Positions 9,262 through 18,621 of a DNA stretch of 54,055 nucleotides are shown piece by piece; position 1 is the stretch's first letter, and each line of letters opens with the position of its first letter. The notes beneath the pieces are model-generated. The model saw only the letters and a list, made by a program, of their open reading frames with translations. It ran no database searches and was not told the DNA's origin. Where the stretch lies: contig JASLKH010000014.1 in NCBI GenBank assembly GCA_030747675.1, positions 1 through 54,055 of the forward strand. The letters run 5' to 3'. The position numbers and the translations under genes are program-made. Origin of the DNA: Candidatus Thalassarchaeaceae archaeon. Lineage in GTDB: Archaea; Thermoplasmatota; Poseidoniia; Poseidoniales; Thalassarchaeaceae.

Positions 9262-12200
9262 ATGCAAACTCGAACGACACGACTCTCGATGCTATTAGTC
9301 GGACTTCTTTTAGGGGCATTAATCACTTGGACTCCACCAGTTATTGCTGCTGGCGGAGGTAGTAGTGATGAAGCCGATTTACAAGCACAAGCAATCCAAG
9401 TGAACTTTGATTCTATGGCTGAACAAACAGTAGTTACATGGCAAAATATTGATACTGCAAACGGTACACTATGGAGCCAATTACAGAATACTTACTATCA
9501 CTTATACCGTTCTTCATCACCGATTAATCAATCGACTATTCAAGCCGGACAAGCTCAATTGTGGGCAAACGTATCTGCATGTACTGCGATTAATATCATG
9601 GATTGTAGAGGGGCACCAAGTGGAACACATCCGGGTCATTCTGAGACATATCCACTACCTGCTGGAACTAATGGGACATTTTACTATGCTATCGTAACTT
9701 ATTACCAACCCACTGATACCATAATTGGAAATTTTGTACACGGTGAATCAAATGTCTCTGAAGGTGTTGAAGAATTAACCAACACAATCACAGCACCTTT
9801 CTTTGTTCAAGCAGAATATGACTCCACGTTGTCGGTGACTGATATTTCATGGGTTAACCTCAACACCATTGTTCCTGATTCATTGCCAGAAGTTGGACCA
9901 ATGGCCTATACAATCAAAGTATATCGTCATCAAGATATGGCAACTCGTTCACAATGGCCTGTTCTGATGAAGGAGCAAATTGCAACACTTGATGCAGGAG
10001 ATACTTCCTTCAGGCATAATGTACCACCTGGTACAGATTATGGTATGTTCTACACAGTTACCTATGAGTACAATGGGTACGAAGATGTTCGCTTACTGGG
10101 TACCAACACATTGACCAATGCAATTCACGAAGACAATATCCCACCAGAAGCAATTGTTAATGTTCAAGCATCATTTTCCCCTGAAAGTTCAGGAGGGACT
10201 GGAAATACAACAATTGCTTGGGATGATATTCCTAATGAAAATGGAGAAACATATCACATTTGGCGTTCAGGAATGCCAATCAATGATACTACTTCACCTG
10301 AAGTTGAATTAATTGGTGAAATTGGTAGTGGCTATGAATTCTATCGGCACCAAATAGATCGAGGAATGATAGGATTAGCATACTACGCCGTCACTGCTTC
10401 TGATTCCAATGGAAATCACAATAATTCTGTCGCAGGAACTGCACAAGCTATCAACGCTGGCGGGGAAGGGAATGGTATCTTTGAAGATACGTTCAACCCT
10501 TGGTTTGCTGAACCAACATGGGTGACTGCAGAATATCTTGGTAATTCACAAACAACCATTACTTGGACTGATCAACTCGGTGTAGAAGGTGAACAATACC
10601 ACATATGGAGGTCTAGTGAAAGACTCACATATCTTTCCAATCTAGAACTCGTTGCAGAATTAGTTGCAACTGTACCAGATAGTGTAGAAACTGTAACAGT
10701 TACCGTACCTCCTGATGAAGTACGCACATCCTATTACTGTGTTTCATCTGTAGCACAATATAGCCATTCTGCAGAACCATACGAGGACCTTAGGTTCCAA
10801 AGAAATTGTGCTAATGGTGATGGTACGGGAACCGCTTCTCCAATTATCGAAGATACACTACGTCCCTCTTTACCATTCTTGCAAGAAGCTACAATGACTG
10901 ATCAAGCCGGTTCTAAAATCACCCTATTGCGCTGGTTGAATGATATTACTGAATCGGGTGAAACCTATCAATTATGGGTTCATTATGGGGACCCATTCTT
11001 TGGAAATGAATCTTTATCGAGTGGTGATATTGCCCTTGATTCAGAATGGCAGCCTGTTTTAGACCCCGTTTATGCTGAGTTCAACAATGAACCTGATTTC
11101 ACTCGCACTGTAGCCCTTGATGCGAATCTGAATCAAGAAACATGGTATGCCCTTACCATTACTGACGAGTGGGGGAATACAAATACACAATTTGCTAAAT
11201 CTTCAAACGCACGTTCGGTAACAGAAGATACAACTCCTGCTGAAATTACGATAGAAGTTGTTGACGGTGATGACAATGTTGTCACTGCTTTGCATGCAGG
11301 ACAATATACAATGAACATTTATTCTAACGAGCCATTGTTGGAATATCCAATCATTAATCTAACAACCTCGGATTACATAAGTGATAATTTTGATGTTGTA
11401 CTCTCAGGGCAGTCCTTTACTGACCAATCTGCAACAGAGCGAGCCACCCCCATCAGTAATGTACCCAATGGATATAAGTTCAACTTCGAAATTCCAGCTA
11501 CTACGGATACATCTCAATTACGCCTCATCCTAGCTGTTGTTGATAATTCTGGCAACTTAGGAGAAATCGATGTTACGGGATGGGAAATTGATGCGCAAAA
11601 CCCCGAAATTCAAGTTTATGCACCCACGTCAAACAGTTTGTACTTGTATGGTGAGTCAGTACACATCTATGGTGCTGTTACAGATGATGTAGGCATCGAT
11701 TCTGTGCAAATAAGATTCCAATATTATGACAATGGATTAAGGAAGGACACTGTTTGGACTAATGTAACTGATTTAACTCCCTTCGAAGGGGAAGATGGTG
11801 CATTCGTCTTTGAATGGTGGGAACCTGCTTCTACTTTCATTGATACCGATCGTAATCAAAAGGTATTCCTTAGAGCAACAGACACTGCTGATAATCTCGT
11901 AGAATGGGAAACACAATTTACAGTAGACCATTGTGTGCGAATTATAGTTGATTTTAGCACTGCATGTGATGGGCAAACTTCACTAGAACCTGGGGCGATA
12001 GAGGATGAAGAAGAACCTGGGATGCTATCAATGCCTTATTTGATGATTTATATTCTAGGAGCAGTGAATCTAATATTGCTTATTATCGCAATGCTAAGCC
12101 TTGTTTTGCAATCAACCAGTGGGGCAAAGAAGAAATCGGAAGATGGGGAAGAAGATGAAGATTGGATGATGGAATTCATGGGAGGCGGCGGAGATACAGG

Positions 12201-12492
12201 AGCAGGCTCCCCAGATGATGTTCGCAATGATATGGCTTCATTGTCAGAAGATGCAACAGAAAGGGCAGAAGCAGAGGATCCATTTGCAGCATCTGAAGGA
12301 CGAGATCGAAAGCGTCGCACTAAAAAGGACAAGAAGGACAAGAAGGAAGTCGTTGAAGAAGAAGCTGATGATTCTGATGAAGAAGATGAATTTGATGATG
12401 AAGATGATTGGGATGATGAAGATGAAGAACCTAAGAAAAAATCTGTCAAAAGAAAATCCGTCAAGAGAAAATCTGTAAAGCGCAGGAAATGA
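9262..12492 (+). CDS. Large membrane-anchored surface protein with ~5 Fn3-like repeats, Ig-like domains and a charged cytoplasmic tail
   Basis: Signal peptide; repeated xxW..Y(H/Q)(I/L)(W/Y)R...YY(A/C)V...EDT units; TM near aa 930-960; then a D/E-rich block and a K/R-rich block. ATG 9262 follows GAGGCGA. Confidence 0.75.
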   Translation: MQTRTTRLSMLLVGLLLGALITWTPPVIAAGGGSSDEADLQAQAIQVNFDSMAEQTVVTWQNIDTANGTLWSQLQNTYYHLYRSSSPINQSTIQAGQAQLWANVSACTAINIMDCRGAPSGTHPGHSETYPLPAGTNGTFYYAIVTYYQPTDTIIGNFVHGESNVSEGVEELTNTITAPFFVQAEYDSTLSVTDISWVNLNTIVPDSLPEVGPMAYTIKVYRHQDMATRSQWPVLMKEQIATLDAGDTSFRHNVPPGTDYGMFYTVTYEYNGYEDVRLLGTNTLTNAIHEDNIPPEAIVNVQASFSPESSGGTGNTTIAWDDIPNENGETYHIWRSGMPINDTTSPEVELIGEIGSGYEFYRHQIDRGMIGLAYYAVTASDSNGNHNNSVAGTAQAINAGGEGNGIFEDTFNPWFAEPTWVTAEYLGNSQTTITWTDQLGVEGEQYHIWRSSERLTYLSNLELVAELVATVPDSVETVTVTVPPDEVRTSYYCVSSVAQYSHSAEPYEDLRFQRNCANGDGTGTASPIIEDTLRPSLPFLQEATMTDQAGSKITLLRWLNDITESGETYQLWVHYGDPFFGNESLSSGDIALDSEWQPVLDPVYAEFNNEPDFTRTVALDANLNQETWYALTITDEWGNTNTQFAKSSNARSVTEDTTPAEITIEVVDGDDNVVTALHAGQYTMNIYSNEPLLEYPIINLTTSDYISDNFDVVLSGQSFTDQSATERATPISNVPNGYKFNFEIPATTDTSQLRLILAVVDNSGNLGEIDVTGWEIDAQNPEIQVYAPTSNSLYLYGESVHIYGAVTDDVGIDSVQIRFQYYDNGLRKDTVWTNVTDLTPFEGEDGAFVFEWWEPASTFIDTDRNQKVFLRATDTADNLVEWETQFTVDHCVRIIVDFSTACDGQTSLEPGAIEDEEEPGMLSMPYLMIYILGAVNLILLIIAMLSLVLQSTSGAKKKSEDGEEDEDWMMEFMGGGGDTGAGSPDDVRNDMASLSEDATERAEAEDPFAASEGRDRKRRTKKDKKDKKEVVEEEADDSDEEDEFDDEDDWDDEDEEPKKKSVKRKSVKRKSVKRRK
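12439..12483 (+). repeat. Three imperfect 15-bp tandem units encoding (KSVKR)3
   Basis: AAATCTGTCAAAAGA / AAATCCGTCAAGAGA / AAATCTGTAAAGCGC; differences are synonymous. Confidence 0.85.
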
Positions 12493-12592
12493 ATAGAACG
12501 GTGATTTTCTGTTTGGTTCAGACAATCCTGCATTGGCAATAGACCAATATCGAAACTGTATCCAAGATGGGAGACTGGAATTTAGTGAAGTC

Positions 12593-13309
12593 ATGGCCTC
12601 AGGGCTTAGTGAAGATTTACTATCAAGAAAAGAGCGGACATTAACAGATCAAGGGCATCTTGTTACAGTCCTCAGAGATCTTGCTTGCATCTATGAAATT
12701 CGCAATAAATGGAAGGATAGTCGAAATACAGCTCCAGTATTAAGCAAAGCACGAAAGCAATATGTCAAGTTACTAAAGAAAAACGACATGATTGATGCTG
12801 CAAAAGATGCTGCTGGTATGGAAGCAGAAGATGAAGTGCAACGTGGTCGAGTACGTGCACATGAAGGGAAGTTGAGGAATTCGCTTTCGCATTACAAACG
12901 TGCCCTCAAAATCAAGCCATTATATATCGAAGCGGCATATCGTCAACTTGAGGCACATGAACAAATCAAATCAACGCTAAAAGGTGCAGGGAAATCAGCA
13001 ATTCGTTTATCAAAAATATTGGGTAATTCAGGTCCAGTTACCCGATCAGGGGAGTCATTTGAATTGAGGCCTGATGGTGCAGCAGTACAACTACTTGATA
13101 CTCTGATTATCGACATCGAAAGGTGGTTGACTTCAGAATTAGAACTACCTAGAAAATCGGCTGAAATGCTATCTTCTTCTTTAGTAGAAATAAAGCGCCA
13201 AATGGTAGCTATCGAAGCCGGTGAACAAGCTGCAAATGAAAGGTTGCAATCTGCAATTGATTCTCTGGTTCCAGCCGTGGACTACCACACCTATTCAAGA
13301 GGTAGTTAA
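12593..13309 (+). CDS. Hypothetical helical protein with a TPR-like segment
   Basis: RGRVRAHEGK...SLSHYKRALKIKP.YIEA resembles one TPR. ATG 12593 is preferred over TTG 12533. Confidence 0.6.
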   Translation: MASGLSEDLLSRKERTLTDQGHLVTVLRDLACIYEIRNKWKDSRNTAPVLSKARKQYVKLLKKNDMIDAAKDAAGMEAEDEVQRGRVRAHEGKLRNSLSHYKRALKIKPLYIEAAYRQLEAHEQIKSTLKGAGKSAIRLSKILGNSGPVTRSGESFELRPDGAAVQLLDTLIIDIERWLTSELELPRKSAEMLSSSLVEIKRQMVAIEAGEQAANERLQSAIDSLVPAVDYHTYSRGS

Positions 13310-16300
13310 TCAATCAGATTTACCCAAATATGACATCCATTTACGGCAAGCGGGACACCAAGTCCAGCGATCACCACTTTGAACCGTTTCTTGTACAGCC
13401 CCCCCACATTCTGTACAAGGTGCATGAATAGTAGACATCAAAGCCGAAGATTCTGGAGATCCTGATCCCCTTGAACGGCGCATAAACAAAGGGATTAGTA
13501 ATAAAATAATCAAAAGCGCTCCTGATGCAAACCAAATTGTACTAGATACCCCATTACTTTCGGATGATTCATCATCCTGTTCACAAGGTGTACAGTCAGA
13601 AGTATCCCCACATCCAATTGAAGCCGGTGCTTCATATTCTCCACAACAACCATTGCAAGTAATCATCTCATCATTATCCGTGGTATTATCATCTATGAAA
13701 TCATCAATTTCAGGTTCATACGTGAAATTAATCCAATATTCAAGTTGTTGACCGTCTTGGGATTGAGTGATTAATCTCAGAGTCAAGCGATCATCAGAAG
13801 GGGCTTGATTTCGTGTGACTTCAGTTGAAGCCAAACTGTTACCTGATGTGAACTCCAGCCATGTCCACCAAGCAAGTGCCCCTGGTGGTTCTATGTCAGG
13901 CATATGATCATCCATGCCTTCAGAAGCATTCCAAGATACCCCATACAATTTGATGTTCGCAGTGCTATCTGAAACTGACTTCCAACTAACAAGAATTGTC
14001 CAAACCTGTGCATCTGAGAATACCGAGATATCCAATTCTTTGGGAAGTTCGAAATCCATTGGTTCATCACAACGCGACGGGTCATTTGGATGATTGTCAA
14101 TTCTTTCACCTGTATTCGATGCTGTTGGACAGCCATCACCATCTAAATCAGACCAAGCAAGTGAATCTAAGAAAAATGCATCACCCGATTCTACTCGCAG
14201 CCCATCCATTCCGAGGTAGTATGAGTAATTGTTACCCCATCCATCGCCATCAGTATCTTGGGATTGAACATAATCTTCTGGAAATGCGTCACCGTTCTCA
14301 ATGATTCTTAAGCCATTTGAATCAAGTGTATAAGAATAATTATCTCCAACTAAATCGCCATCCCTATCCATCCATTGGGTTGGGTCATTTGGAAAGGCAT
14401 CACCACGTTCATTTTCACGGTAGTTTGTTTGTTCATCTACATTGTAGAGGTAGGTATCACCATGTCCATCACCATCAGTATCGCACCATTGTTCGGGGTT
14501 TGATGGCCAAGCATCACCAAATCCTGCACCAAGTACACAAGCAGGCCACTCACTATCTGGATCTGACCATTGATCACCATCTGAATCTGGACAACCATTC
14601 CGATCATAGGAACTTGTTCCCCAAACTGTCAGACAGCCATCGCCACCTGCTCCCGCAGCATTATTATCACCATATCCATCACCATCAGTATCAATCCATT
14701 GCAAAGGATTGAGAGGGAATTCATCATTCTCATCGATGTAACCGTCACCATCACTATCTGGAATCAAAGTATACCATGTACCAAGGTGATTGGCAACTAT
14801 GAGTTCGCCTCCGTTAGAACGTGCCAAGCCCCTAGGAATACCAGGTAGCAACCACGAGCCTCGCATTGTCATATTCAACCCATCATAGAACTCGATTTTA
14901 CCGGATAAACTAGTCCCTGCATCGCCTGAAGCAATCACCATTGAAGATGCATCAATAATTAATCCTCCAAAGGCTTCTTGAGAAAAAGTAAATCCTAACA
15001 ATGATTGGGCATTATCAGCATCCCAAATGATAGCAGTGCCATCCCACCCTGCAGACATCAAAATATTCTCAATAGGATGCCAAGTTAATGACCCAGTATA
15101 ATTTTGATGGGAATATTGGACTCCGTCATCATTCCAAACTGATGCAAGTGGGTTACTTGTATCCCATAATCGAACAGAACCATTCTGGGCTGCGCTTGCT
15201 AACCAATCGCCACTTGAACTAAATTCTAACGCCCAGTGCTCAACTGAATAATCCCAAGAGCGTACTTCTGTCAATTGATCTAAATCCAAAATTGAAACTT
15301 TTCCAGCAACATTAGTCATACTGTAATTTTGTGTCCACGACATTGCAAGGAAATTATTGATTGGATGGAGAGCTATTCTCCCGAATGATTGAATTGGATG
15401 GTAATTATCAATTCGCCAATCCCACATTTGCTTACCATCTGCGCCACAAGCCACAATTGTTCCATCAGAAAATCCAACAATAGTTTCCATTTCAGTTAGA
15501 ATAACGCTCTTTGCATATGGAAACACTCCGATGTTTTGACCATAATCGGGATGGAAGCATTGACTCGAAATTTGCCCAGTGACAAAACTTCTTACTGTGG
15601 CTACACCGCTTGATTCTGCTAAAGCAATTAATGGATTGAATGGATGAATTGCTATTTCACGCATCAAATCAGAACCAAACCGGTAATCAATTTCAAGTTG
15701 ATTTGTGCTAAAATCAATATTGTAAATTTCAATCGAACCGTCTTTGCCTGCACTAATGATTTTGTTTCCTTGATCACCGGTTGCTATAGCGGTAACATCT
15801 GCTGGATATGATTTGCCACTAGATACTGTAGAATGCCACCCATAGTCCCCAAGAATAGTTCCGGCTCCATCCATGAATAATATCTTACCAGGGTCTGTCA
15901 TTCCAGCCGCAACATAAGCACCAGTGGGGGTCCATTGCAAACTGGTTAGATACTGAGGTACAGGGGTATACCAACTAACTGCACCCGTGTCCACAAAAAA
16001 GTCAACAATAACTCCTTCAGATGGGCGATTATACGCAATCGTATAAGTTTGAACTATCGGGTTGAAATCAATAGCCCAAGCAGATGATTCTCCACCTGCA
16101 ATATTCCTATGCCATGTTTGGGCTAGAGATGAGCCCAATACATCCCAACCAGCAACTGTGTCCCTATTTGCTCCAATGGCTGAATCATAATATCGATTTA
16201 ATGATGCCACAAAGGTTCCATTATCTGAGATTGCACAATCTGTACCCCAATCATTTGTGAAAACATGCGCACTATTAGCAAAAGACCCATCGATGAAAAA

Positions 16301-16903
16301 TGCGGTATCAGCAACAACAATCTCTCCCCCAATATTGGGATCATTGATGTCTCCGCAGAATACCAACCGATTGTGATCTAATGTTGAGTCAAGCCCCCAC
16401 AACCACCCAGAGTAGCCTCCTGTCAAGTTATCAGTCCAATGGCCACTTCGCATTGATGTTGCATTCATAGGCCAGGTTTGACCCGTGTCAATTACTTCGT
16501 AACTAAACCATTGAGTCCCGTTATCTGCTGCCAAGACGTGTTGATTATCCAACCAAATAACTTCAACAAGGGAATTTTGATGATTGGCATGGAATATTGT
16601 TCGCCCATCACTTGTATTCCAAACTGTCAAGACATTAGAATTAATGTCGACCACTGCAACCAATTCACCATCAGGGGACATATCAACTTCCCATAGCAAT
16701 CCAGTAGGTTGGGGTTGGTATAGACGTGCAGTCCAACCTGCCCCTACATAGGGAGTTTCAGTTAATGTCCAATTCTGTTGATTGTTGATCTGAGTTTCAG
16801 AACTTTCTACATCTGAAAGATAAAATTCATTTTCCAATGGAATCATTGAAAGAATTAACAGTATCAACAATAAAATTGAAACTTGAATTCGACCTCTATC
16901 CAT
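13310..16903 (-). CDS. WD40 beta-propeller plus thrombospondin type-3 repeat surface protein with TM anchor and C-terminal Zn ribbon
   Basis: Signal peptide; WD repeats (SVRLWD, TAIIWD, LTVWN); repeated DxDGDGxGD...DAFPxDPxQ; TM helix; CTECGG...WCPAC. Alternative GTG start at 16957. Confidence 0.82.
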   Translation of the reverse strand: MDRGRIQVSILLLILLILSMIPLENEFYLSDVESSETQINNQQNWTLTETPYVGAGWTARLYQPQPTGLLWEVDMSPDGELVAVVDINSNVLTVWNTSDGRTIFHANHQNSLVEVIWLDNQHVLAADNGTQWFSYEVIDTGQTWPMNATSMRSGHWTDNLTGGYSGWLWGLDSTLDHNRLVFCGDINDPNIGGEIVVADTAFFIDGSFANSAHVFTNDWGTDCAISDNGTFVASLNRYYDSAIGANRDTVAGWDVLGSSLAQTWHRNIAGGESSAWAIDFNPIVQTYTIAYNRPSEGVIVDFFVDTGAVSWYTPVPQYLTSLQWTPTGAYVAAGMTDPGKILFMDGAGTILGDYGWHSTVSSGKSYPADVTAIATGDQGNKIISAGKDGSIEIYNIDFSTNQLEIDYRFGSDLMREIAIHPFNPLIALAESSGVATVRSFVTGQISSQCFHPDYGQNIGVFPYAKSVILTEMETIVGFSDGTIVACGADGKQMWDWRIDNYHPIQSFGRIALHPINNFLAMSWTQNYSMTNVAGKVSILDLDQLTEVRSWDYSVEHWALEFSSSGDWLASAAQNGSVRLWDTSNPLASVWNDDGVQYSHQNYTGSLTWHPIENILMSAGWDGTAIIWDADNAQSLLGFTFSQEAFGGLIIDASSMVIASGDAGTSLSGKIEFYDGLNMTMRGSWLLPGIPRGLARSNGGELIVANHLGTWYTLIPDSDGDGYIDENDEFPLNPLQWIDTDGDGYGDNNAAGAGGDGCLTVWGTSSYDRNGCPDSDGDQWSDPDSEWPACVLGAGFGDAWPSNPEQWCDTDGDGHGDTYLYNVDEQTNYRENERGDAFPNDPTQWMDRDGDLVGDNYSYTLDSNGLRIIENGDAFPEDYVQSQDTDGDGWGNNYSYYLGMDGLRVESGDAFFLDSLAWSDLDGDGCPTASNTGERIDNHPNDPSRCDEPMDFELPKELDISVFSDAQVWTILVSWKSVSDSTANIKLYGVSWNASEGMDDHMPDIEPPGALAWWTWLEFTSGNSLASTEVTRNQAPSDDRLTLRLITQSQDGQQLEYWINFTYEPEIDDFIDDNTTDNDEMITCNGCCGEYEAPASIGCGDTSDCTPCEQDDESSESNGVSSTIWFASGALLIILLLIPLFMRRSRGSGSPESSALMSTIHAPCTECGGAVQETVQSGDRWTWCPACRKWMSYLGKSD

Positions 16904-17113
16904 ATTCTTAGGGACGTGATTTAGGCCTTCAAATCTACTGCGAATTGCATCTGTCACAAAATAAGGACTTCCTAGCCACTCTAAAAGTATGGCTATTTCG
17001 ATTAAACGAGTATATGCAAGCCATTTACGGCGGTTTGAAAAGGGGTCTTAAAACCGCTTCCTCAACTCTTTTTTGAGGGTAACGGTTATGATACCGACAG
17101 CGAGCCTGACATC

Positions 17114-18241
17114 ATGCGCCATCTCATAGACAGGGTATTAGAATTACAAGATGAAGACGAAGAAAGTAGTGTCAGTGTTACTCACAAGGAAAGTCCCGAT
17201 AACGCTGAACTACATACATTATTGAAGTCATTACAACCACGAATTCGTGTATTCGGTTGTGGAGGCTGTGGAGGAAATACGGTTGATCGTCTAAATGCAG
17301 CTGGCTTGCTGGACGAAGAGTCTGCCAGAGGTTATGCAGTAAATACAGATGCACAACACCTGCTGCGTGTAGGCGTCGAAAATAAAATGCTCATAGGGCG
17401 TACTGCAAGAGGTCGTGGCGCTGGTGGTGACCCTGAGAAAGGTGAAAAAGCTGCATTTGAGTCTGAACGCACTCTTCAGAAAGCCGTAGAAGATTGTGAC
17501 CTAGCATTTGTTACTGCTGGATTAGGAGGAGGGACGGGGACAGGTAGTGCCCATGTTGTTGCACGATTAGCTAAAGATGCTGGAGCATTGACCATCGCAG
17601 TTGTCACTTATCCGTTTGAATCTGAAGGTACACTTCGAAGGCAGAATGCTGAATGGGGACTAGAACGTCTGCGCGAAGTTTGTGACACTGTTGTCGTTCT
17701 GCCAAATGAACGATTGCTCCAAGTAGAAGGTGTTCGTGATTTACCAATTGAAGCCGCGTTTCGTGTGGCCGATGAATTACTCATGAGATCAATTGCAGGT
17801 GTTACAGAACTTGTTACGAAAGAAGGATTGGTTAATCTTGACTTTGAAGATCTACGTACTGTTATGCTCAATGGTGGTGGGATGGCAATGATAGGCCTAG
17901 GGGAAGCAAGTGGGCCAGAAAGAGCAGTGGATGCAACGTTAGAAGCCTTAGACAGCCCCTTATTGGATATTGATGTAAGTGATGCTCGTGGTGCCTTAGT
18001 GAATGTCGTTGGAGGTTCAAATTTGACATTAGGAGAAGCCGAAGCCTGTGCTCAACAAATTCGTGAAAGAATTAATCCATATGCTCGAATAATTTGGGGA
18101 GCTACTGTTGATGAGGCAATGGGAAGTGAAATTAGAGTCATGCTAGTCTTAACAGGTGTAAAGTCACAGCAAATATTCGGTGCTGCTGCACATCAGCAAC
18201 TACGGACTTTACGTAATCGCACAATTGAGTTCGTAAATTGA
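17114..18241 (+). CDS. ftsZ: Cell division GTPase FtsZ (FtsZ1-type context)
   Basis: AVNTDAQHL, GRGAGGDPEKG, GLGGGTGTG and NLDFED. Lies directly upstream of secE-spt5. Confidence 0.97.
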   Translation: MRHLIDRVLELQDEDEESSVSVTHKESPDNAELHTLLKSLQPRIRVFGCGGCGGNTVDRLNAAGLLDEESARGYAVNTDAQHLLRVGVENKMLIGRTARGRGAGGDPEKGEKAAFESERTLQKAVEDCDLAFVTAGLGGGTGTGSAHVVARLAKDAGALTIAVVTYPFESEGTLRRQNAEWGLERLREVCDTVVVLPNERLLQVEGVRDLPIEAAFRVADELLMRSIAGVTELVTKEGLVNLDFEDLRTVMLNGGGMAMIGLGEASGPERAVDATLEALDSPLLDIDVSDARGALVNVVGGSNLTLGEAEACAQQIRERINPYARIIWGATVDEAMGSEIRVMLVLTGVKSQQIFGAAAHQQLRTLRNRTIEFVN

Positions 18242-18326
18242 ACAATTAAGAAAAAAAACCGGCGTAGTCGGGCACGGTGTGTTTAAGAGAGGAGGTCAGG
18301 TCGCGAGGGACCTCTGAGGTTATCCC

Positions 18327-18608
18327 ATGTCCAGTGAAAGCAAAAGCAATGGTGAGCAAGGCACTTCATTTGAAGGGCGTGTGCAAGCATGGCAAGACAA
18401 CATAGAATCTGGAGTCCGTGGGTTAGGGAAGGGTTCTTGGGCACGTATTTTGAAGATGGCACGCAAGCCAACTTCGCTTGAATTTAAGCAAACATGTATT
18501 GTCTGTGGAATCGGAATGTTTGTGCTCGGCTTTATTGGATTTGTATTACTCGTCTTGATGGACAATGTCCTACCATCTTTCTTTGATTGGTTGACTGGTG
18601 GCTATTAA
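18327..18608 (+). CDS. secE: Protein translocase subunit SecE/Sec61-gamma
   Basis: RILKMARKPTSLEF followed by TM GIGMFVLGFIGF; canonical position. Confidence 0.92.
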   Translation: MSSESKSNGEQGTSFEGRVQAWQDNIESGVRGLGKGSWARILKMARKPTSLEFKQTCIVCGIGMFVLGFIGFVLLVLMDNVLPSFFDWLTGGY

Positions 18609-18621
18609 AGGAGTTGAGAAA

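Noticed and set aside
14060-14760. Recurring CCATCACCATC-like DNA motifs as a repeat array
   Set aside because: They are explained by the encoded DxDGDG thrombospondin type-3 repeats; spacing is irregular and the copies are degenerate.
18291-18315. SRP RNA helix 8 (GGUCAGGUC...)
   Set aside because: It lacks the GGAA loop and AGCAG partner strand, and the gap is only ~85 bp; at most a local hairpin.
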